A stretch of DNA of 64,000 nucleotides from Squalus acanthias (Eukaryota). The notes under the pieces are model-generated. The model ran no database searches, had not been told where the DNA came from, and saw nothing but the letters and a program-made list of their open reading frames with translations. Position 1 is the first letter of the stretch. Each line of letters opens with the position of its first letter. Both the position numbers and the translations under genes were made by a program. The stretch spans positions 89,034,001 to 89,098,000 of the forward strand of contig CM059432.1 of the NCBI GenBank assembly GCA_030390025.1, read 5' to 3'. Of the stretch, positions 59,976-64,000 are shown piece after piece.

Positions 59976-61500
59976 TACTAGCAGCTTACTTGCGTAACCA
60001 TACTGAGCACAGCAGTTCGCCATAAACATGAATGGACTGAACTGTTTATTAGCACATATATTAATTCTAACTTGGCACTGCAACCTGTTTTTCTAAAATT
60101 CTTATTCTTAGTAAAAGGGCACGTAGTTGACTGTGGTTCTTCAGAGGTAAATGTGAAGAACTGTAAGGAATGGAAGAAGGTTAGAAACAGCTCTCCAAAA
60201 CAGAAACCTTATAGATACCATAACTATGAGTGAGCTACAAGCAAGGTTTAATCTTTGTAAAATGTTGTTCTGTATTTTAATTGTTCTGTATTTTAATGCT
60301 TATGCCATTTTTTTATTTAACAGTGTAGCACTTGTAGCAATTTTTTAAAATGAACAAAATCCAATGGCAGTCTTGAGTGGGTCATTCGGTGCTGTGTGAC
60401 AGTAGTACAGACTGACTGATTTTTTTTCTCCCCCTCCCATTGGCTTGGCTGAGATGAGGAACGGACTACGTGGGGTTACAAACATGAATCTCACCATTTC
60501 ATTGTATGGTGTGTTTATAAACCAACATGCTGGGTTCCTCTTAAATAAGGCCCATTTCTAGCAGAATTACTGCCTGATGACAGGTAGCGTGACCACAGTG
60601 CTTGGCAGTGACCTCAGAGTTTCATTGCATGTGCTGGTGACAAACTACATCCATAAAAAATTTCAGTAGAAGTCTTCACTTGTGTTCTGTGCAGACTTCG
60701 ATGCGAGTTTATCGTGGAATTGTTGTCTTTTACAATGAGACTTTTCTTCAATAAATCTGAACCTCATAATTAGTGAATTTAAATATCCCAAGAAGTCAGC
60801 TCAGAAGGATGAGCAGAGGTCTGGACAATCTTTCCATTACTTTGGCTCTTTGCACATGGCAAGAAACACTTTCTGTTTATTTTTAAAAGGGTCTGTGTCA
60901 ATTTGCAAGCCATTTATGGATAGATTAGCCAACTCTGGTTGGAGGTATTCTTGGTGGTTGGGTCATGTGAAGTCTGGTCATGTGACATCGACAAATATTG
61001 TTGTGTCGACCTTATAAAGATTGGGACCCCTGTAGTTGAGTACCATAGCTCATGGTTTGCAATGTGTTATGCGAGAGGTTCCAAGAACCAGGAGGCCATC
61101 CACGAGCAGGCGAAGAAGGGAAACCAAGGGCGGAGAAGAGGGGAAATCGAAGGTGGGGGAGCAATTTGCAGGGGGGAGAGCCAGAGGTGGGAGGATCTTT
61201 GATTGCACCAGTAACTAATAGTAACTCACTGAAATTTCACAAATAACTAATAGTAATACTGGATAACATTCAGTTTTTCCTCATAACCAAAGGTGACCAT
61301 GCTCCATTGGGTAATTTTACAAGTATGACATGGCTCCACGCCTGCCAGCAGCACATATAGGAAATTTACATGGTTCAACTTTCGATATGGGCTCCTGGCT
61401 CCTTGCCTGGAGTCTGACGTTAGTATATTACCCTTAAGAGATGTGGCTTAAAATTGTACAGGACTGGGAATATAATGAAAGATCATCAACCTGAAACGTT

Positions 61501-62870
61501 GGGGGGAATTTTTCAGGGGTCAGTGGACGGGTTCGGTGGCAGGTCGGGTGGGAAAAAATGTTTTTTGACAGCGGGTCGGTGCCCTGCTGTCAACCCGCCG
61601 TTGCGCGCCTTTCCCAATGTCAGGTCTGTCAGTGTTGAACAGACCCGACACGCAGCGGCGGGGGAGGAAATGAAGGTCATTATGACCTTGTTAACAGACC
61701 ATTAAGAAATATTTTGAGCTCACCTTTACATTTTACAAGGTCGCCCACGGAGTCCACGCTGCTCGGGGATCATGTCAGGTAAGCAGATCGGGAGCTGTAT
61801 GGCCATGGAATCATCTCATTGCTTGACAGCTGCAAATGTGCTAGAAAAGTTCCCATCTCAAATCTGTTTACTTTCCAAGTGGAAGACAGATTGAGCTTTA
61901 TGCAGGTTGCAAGTGTTTGGAGTAAACTCTCGATCCAGTGTCACCTCATTGGAACAACCTCTCTCACCATTGACAGATTGCTTCTGTCATCTCAAGTTCA
62001 CCTGCCATCTATTACATCAGCATCGGTGTCCTTGAAACCATCTCAACTTGGTTCTCAGAATCCCACTGCAATCAACCCCAACACCAGCAGCCAGGCACAC
62101 CAGCAGCACCAGGCACACCAGCAGCACCACCAACACAACACCAACCTTCTCCGCAATCAACTGATGCTGCAAAGGATAGAGGGCATCAGCACCCGACCAC
62201 ATTGCTGCCTGGGACGCCAGGGATGGCCTCACCATGGCCAGATTTACTTCACTTGATGCTGTACACCCTGGCTGCCACATGATGCACCAGGTTGGCACCA
62301 CCCCACACCAACACCAGAAAGCAGCTCTACAATGCCCAAGCCATTCCTTTCACACTCAGCACCATTGCGGGGGGTACCGTTATGTCTCACCATTCACTGC
62401 AACTCACTAAGTCACTTCCAAAGGTGTGCACAAATCTGTCCAAGAATGCAAAGTGTTGAAAATAAAGGTTTCAATTTTTGACAGCACATTAACAGAAACT
62501 TCACATGAACATTGGCTAAAACACACAAGTGCCTACCCTTGTGTGTTGTTAGTTGGTATGATTGGACAAGAATGAGGGTGAGTGTGAGGGGTGGCTAGTG
62601 AGATGGGGAAGTGATAATGTAGATAGAGAGGGATGGGTGGAGGTGCAAGGTAAGTTGGTGTGAGTAAGGATGTGCAGGAGTAGGATAGGGTAGGCAGAGT
62701 GATGGGTATGTGATGAGTGGCACAGCAGGATGAGGTTGAGTGTGGCTTTGCAGTAACATTTCGTGATCTACTGAGATTATTGGAAGGTTTGCGCCACTAC
62801 AGCCTGGTCCTCATGATGACATCCCTACTTCTGCCCTCCTGTGCAATTCCCAATTTTTACCCCTCTGAGT
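61501..62870. mobile_element. Highly decayed Harbinger-derived element
   Basis: TIR-like start GGGGGGAATTTT, CAGCAC repeat, and ACCACATTGCTGCCTGGGA / GGCCAGATTT / TACCCTTGTG segments resembling the copy 2 transposase end and intergenic region. Confidence 0.5.
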
Positions 62871-62920
62871 ATAAGTGGCTGGCTAGACCAGTTCAGAGGT
62901 TATTAAGCATTAAACACATA

Positions 62921-63755
62921 GGGCTGGATTTTATGAATGGAGAAATTTTGGAGGCGGGACTGCTGCTTGCCTGGTTTCAGTCCAGCCTCCATCAGCCTCT
63001 GGCCAATCAGCGGGATCTTCCCCTGATTGACCTTGTTAAGCCCGTCCGGCGGGCTCAGCAGGCCAATTAGGGGGAAGTCAGTGACAGAGCACGTCAACGT
63101 ATGACGTGTCACCTTTTTGAAAGAAGAATGTCATCATTTGACAGCTCTGTGAAGCTGTCAAACACTGACATTCTGTGTAGATTGATGAGTTCTTGTGCTC
63201 AGGACTCATCAAACCTTTCTACTTTGTAGAAATCAGATGACTATTGGATCGGAGGATCCAACAGCCGGTCTGTGAACTCTACAAAGGAGATGTCGGGACT
63301 CCGGCTTCACAGTGGCTGAAGGCTGTAGGCAGAAACAAAGGGAAGTTAACATTTTCTAACACTTTACACTCACCTCACATACTTACCACTCCACACTTGC
63401 ACCCATCACTCAACTCTACATCGCACTTTCAGACCCCTCCGACCCCCGCAGACCTCCTTCTCGGCTCTTACACCCTGGTGGGGTTCCCCCAGGTCGGGAA
63501 GCCCGCACTTCGGAACGAAAAATGGGGATAATCCTATTTTCTGCCTGTTAACTACCTGTTAACAGGCAGTTAATAGGCTTTAATCCCTTCCCGCCTCCAA
63601 GGAGACGGGACCCGGGGCAGGACGGCTTCCAGCCTCCTGGCAAGAGGGCATGGAGGTGGGTTGGGGGCGGGTTTGCCACCCTCCCCCAAATTCTGCGACT
63701 TTCCCGGCAGTCCCGCCTCTATACCCGCCTCCTCGGGGCTGAGAAAATCCAGCCC
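62921..63755. mobile_element. Harbinger MITE (835 bp)
   Basis: TIRs GGGCTGGATTTT / AAAATCCAGCCC, TSD ATA; related to 51322-52164. Confidence 0.92.
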
Positions 63756-63851
63756 ATATTGTAGGACTGGAATCACATGTAGGCCAAACTGGGTGGGGGT
63801 GACATGTTCCCTTCCCTGAAGGGCATTAGTGAACAATTTGTAGTAATCCAT

Positions 63852-64000
63852 GGGGTAAAAATTCACTTGGTTGCGCCACCCGTTAGCGCCTTAAGAGGGC
63901 GCTAATGGGGCGCAAAGCCGCTAACGCCCGGGCGCAGCGATGTTTGCGCCGCTCGAGAACTTAACTTGAGATTGTGCGGCGGCGCTAAAACTTACCGCTG
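63852..64000. mobile_element. Start of a second copy of the 8018-8911 MITE
   Basis: Matches 8018-8166 with a single substitution seen; runs off the window. Confidence 0.9.

Noticed and set aside
58622..61450. Host gene in the repeat-poor interval
   Set aside because: No ORF with recognisable homology or consistent splice pattern.
63182..63212. Hammerhead-like TTGATGAG hairpin in a MITE
   Set aside because: It lacks the CUGA and GAAA core arrangement and is a simple inverted repeat.

Overview
Eukaryotic, almost certainly cartilaginous-fish (shark-like), genomic DNA made up mostly of nested transposable elements. I found no host protein-coding gene I can support. The taxon call is an inference from the DeuSINE/SacSINE1-type SINE, the CR1/L2 families and the Penelope repeat. 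Contents: (i) four copies of a two-gene PIF/Harbinger DNA transposon (DDE transposase plus a convergent 3-exon Myb/SANT-like gene) and several Harbinger-type MITEs; (ii) two related endogenous retroviruses with tRNA-Ser PBS and 5-bp TSDs that look lokiretrovirus-like, one with a gamma-type Env (5898-12127, minus) and one with an F-protein-like Env (27016-39948, plus); (iii) a full-length Tx1-clade LINE inserted in the head of a tRNA-derived SINE; (iv) CR1 and L2 LINEs, a Gypsy LTR element and a fragment of it, a probable solo LTR, and a Penelope inverted repeat carrying two minimal hammerhead ribozyme motifs. Highlights: different Env classes on closely related pol backbones, a small transmembrane ORF conserved in both ERVs, a UGA-CUAG gag-pro readthrough signal, an in-frame Harbinger-ATG/CR1-ORF2 chimeric 916-aa ORF, and a six-deep insertion nest.
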